From Flavobacteriales bacterium (GTDB taxonomy: Bacteria; Bacteroidota; Bacteroidia; Flavobacteriales_C; GCA-002722245), in assembly GCA_029251005.1 (NCBI GenBank), contig JAQXEE010000130.1, positions 3,328-67,327 on the forward strand: a stretch of DNA of 64,000 nucleotides, in the 5' to 3' direction. This document shows, piece by piece, positions 61,687 to 64,000 of the stretch (the stretch's first letter is position 1; the number at the start of each line of letters is the position of its first letter). The notes beneath the pieces were generated by a model that was given only the letters and a program-made list of their open reading frames with translations, did not search any database and was not told the DNA's origin. The translations under genes were made by a program, and so were the position numbers.

Positions 61687-63642
61687 ATGGGAAGTGTGAA
61701 GTTTGATAGAAAATTCTTAACGGATTTTAATAATTCAAGTAAACGAGAGTTTATTGAAACAAATGATTTGGGAGCATATTGCAGTTCTACTCTGGCGGGA
61801 GTGAACACGCGAAAATATCACGGTACGTTTGTCGTACGCCAACCCCAAATAGATAGTCATAGTTATGTACTTTTAAATGTATTGCATGAAGTTGCTGAGG
61901 TTGATGATCGTATTTATGAATTAGGTGTTCATCAATATTCATTTACTGCTTACCCTAGAGGATTTGTTTTCCAAGACTCATTCGAATTGGCTAAAATTCC
62001 AACTTGGATTTACGAATTAGATAGGCATAAGATTAAAAAAGAAATACAATTCACTCCAAATAAGAATCAGTTACTCATCAAATACACTTTAATTAAAGGA
62101 GATAATATTCGCTTTGGTGTTCGGCCGTTTTCATCATTTAGAAGAATTCATAAGTTGCGAACTGTTGATTCCTCTTATGTTGAAGTTGGAACTATTAAAA
62201 ACGGAATAAGTTATAAGTTAGAAGATCATTACGATAAATTACATATCCAAACTTCTATTCCAAATGAATTTTTAGGCAACGGGAAGTGGCATTATCAAGC
62301 AGAGTATTTAGAAGAATTAAATAGAGGTTACGATTTTAAAGAGGATTTATACTCTGTAGGATTGATTTCGTTTGATTTAAAAAAAGATGAACCTGTTGTG
62401 ATTTCAATTTCAACGCAAGAGGAGCATGTTGAAGGGATAAACGCTAAATTTAATAAGGTTTTAAAAGACAAACCTGTTTTAGATTCTTTAGGAGCCTATT
62501 TAGAAAAAGCAGCAGATCAATTTATTTCTAAAACAGAAGATCATGGTGTTGAAATAGGAGCAGGTTATCATTGGTTTGGTAGATGGGGTAGAGATACTTT
62601 TCTAGCGCTTCCAGGTTTAACACTTTACCGTGATAATCCTCAACCTGAAGTTTGTAAAAACGTATTAAAAACTATGCTCAAAGATCTTAAAGGAGGTCTT
62701 TTGACAAATATAGGAGTGGGTGCTACTGCTCAATATAATTCAGCCGATGCTTCATTGTGGTTTTTTTGGGCGTTACAGGAATATGCTGACGCAACTGGAG
62801 ATTATATCGAAATTTGGAAAGATTTTAAAAAAGAGATTGTTCACATTTTAGAGAATTATAAAACTGGAACATTATTTAACATCCATATGAAAGAAAATGG
62901 ATTGTTATATGGTGGACAGAAAGATATTGCCTTAACATGGATGGATGCTGTAGTTGACGGTGTTCCTGTTACACCTAGAGCAGGTTATGTTGTTGAACTT
63001 AACGCTTTATGGTATAACGCAATTTGTTTTTCATTAGAGTTGGCAGATAAATCCGGAGACCATGAATTTTTTGAAAAATGGAGTGCCATTCCTAAAAAGT
63101 TAAAACCAGCTTTTAAGGATATGTTTTGGGATGAAAAAAGAGGGTATTTGGCCGATGTTTGTGAAGAAAATTCAAAAGATTGGAGTTTCCGTCCTAATCA
63201 AACATTTGCAACAGCATTAAAATATAGTGTCTGTGACGAAGAGATGAGTAAGTCTGTCCTTATAAACGTTAAAGATAAATTACTGACTTCTAGGGGTTTG
63301 ATGACGTTATCTCAAGATGACGATAAGTATATTGGCATTTATCAAGGTGACCAGAAAACGAGAGATAACTCATATCATCAAGGAATTGTATGGCCTTGGT
63401 TATTAGGTCATTTTACTAAAGGATATTTATCTTTATTCGGAAAATCTGCCGTAGATTTACTGAGCGAAATTTACCAAGGTTTTGAGGAAGAGCTTTATAG
63501 CTACGGAATTGGGACAATTGCAGAGATTTATGACGCAGAGCCACCTTTTAAAGCAAAGGGAACAATTTCACAAGCTTGGAGTGTGGCAGAATTAATTAGA
63601 ATTAAGGCGCTGCTAAAACAGCAAAAAAATATTAAACAATAA
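61687..63642 (+). CDS. glycogen debranching enzyme (amylo-alpha-1,6-glucosidase family)
   Basis: 651 aa; (alpha/alpha)6-barrel GDE C-terminal region (GYHWFGRWGRDTF...); neighbour of a glycogen-synthase-like gene. Confidence 0.75.
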   Translation: MGSVKFDRKFLTDFNNSSKREFIETNDLGAYCSSTLAGVNTRKYHGTFVVRQPQIDSHSYVLLNVLHEVAEVDDRIYELGVHQYSFTAYPRGFVFQDSFELAKIPTWIYELDRHKIKKEIQFTPNKNQLLIKYTLIKGDNIRFGVRPFSSFRRIHKLRTVDSSYVEVGTIKNGISYKLEDHYDKLHIQTSIPNEFLGNGKWHYQAEYLEELNRGYDFKEDLYSVGLISFDLKKDEPVVISISTQEEHVEGINAKFNKVLKDKPVLDSLGAYLEKAADQFISKTEDHGVEIGAGYHWFGRWGRDTFLALPGLTLYRDNPQPEVCKNVLKTMLKDLKGGLLTNIGVGATAQYNSADASLWFFWALQEYADATGDYIEIWKDFKKEIVHILENYKTGTLFNIHMKENGLLYGGQKDIALTWMDAVVDGVPVTPRAGYVVELNALWYNAICFSLELADKSGDHEFFEKWSAIPKKLKPAFKDMFWDEKRGYLADVCEENSKDWSFRPNQTFATALKYSVCDEEMSKSVLINVKDKLLTSRGLMTLSQDDDKYIGIYQGDQKTRDNSYHQGIVWPWLLGHFTKGYLSLFGKSAVDLLSEIYQGFEEELYSYGIGTIAEIYDAEPPFKAKGTISQAWSVAELIRIKALLKQQKNIKQ

Positions 63643-63645
63643 TTA

Positions 63646-64000
63646 TGGAACCAAAACCATTAAAAGTATTAATGTTTGGATGGGAATTCCCACCTGAGAT
63701 TTCTGGAGGTTTAGGAACGGCCTGTTATGGATTAGTTAGTGGACTAATAGATAGCGGTGTTGATGTAACTTTTGTTGTGCCAAAACTTTATGGTACCGAA
63801 GAAACAGATAAGTTTAGATTAGTTGGGGCAAGTGATATTAATGTTAATTTCTCAAACGATCACTTCAATAAAAATCTAGAAAAAGTTAAATACTTACAAA
63901 TTCATTCACATATTTTACCTTATGTTTCTCCACAAGAGTTTTTGGAACGTACAGAGTTTGATGTTGAAAGTCTGAAAATTGACTCTACGTTTAGCACAGC
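63646..64000 (+). CDS. glycogen synthase-like glycosyltransferase, N-terminal fragment (runs off the window)
   Basis: MEPKPLKVLMFGWEFPPEISGGLGTACYGLVSGL resembles the GT3/GT5 glycogen synthase N-terminus. Confidence 0.6.

Overview
AT-rich chromosomal segment that looks like a Bacteroidota (Flavobacteriia-like) genome. Evidence for the phylum: Bacteroidota-type TTTG / TAnnTTTG promoter motifs, an F1F0 ATP synthase atpBEFHAG block without atpDC, a SelO-NUDIX arrangement, and a carbamoyltransferase / SxtJ-like cluster. About 60 protein genes sit on both strands. Most are housekeeping: carA 3' end, eno, hemE, bcp-recA, lpxK, lpxH, proS, rpsT, radC, wecB, ppk1, cdsA, ftsH, rsfS, birA, pyrE, atp operon, asnS, pgi, glycogen debranching enzyme. 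There is one tRNA-Glu(TTC) and several clean rho-independent terminators. I see no transposase, integrase, CRISPR array or rRNA.

The standout is a translationally coupled two-gene module on the minus strand (14772-18579). A small MutT-like NUDIX hydrolase overlaps by 8 nt the start of a 1128-aa protein. That protein combines an N-terminal PLD/HKD nuclease motif, a complete SF2 (ResIII/DEAD-like) helicase core, a large uncharacterised middle region, and a C-terminal LexA/UmuD-like S24 self-cleaving peptidase domain. The S24 domain has an intact Ala-Gly cleavage site, a Ser nucleophile 34 residues downstream (the LexA spacing) and a candidate Lys. This suggests a nuclease-helicase effector gated by RecA*-type autoproteolysis, either DNA-damage-activated or a phage-defence candidate.

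Other points of note:
- An in-frame TAA inside the essential enolase gene.
- A decayed L-2-hydroxyglutarate oxidase (lhgO) pseudogene with TAA nonsense codons.
- A translationally coupled ppk1 / SGNH-like / carbamoyltransferase / 49-aa membrane peptide / SxtJ-like cluster.
- A 7 x 45-nt coding tandem repeat in a SPOR-domain surface protein.
- A 515-nt non-coding gap with a long stem-loop.
- Palindromes at the hemE and bcp-recA promoters.
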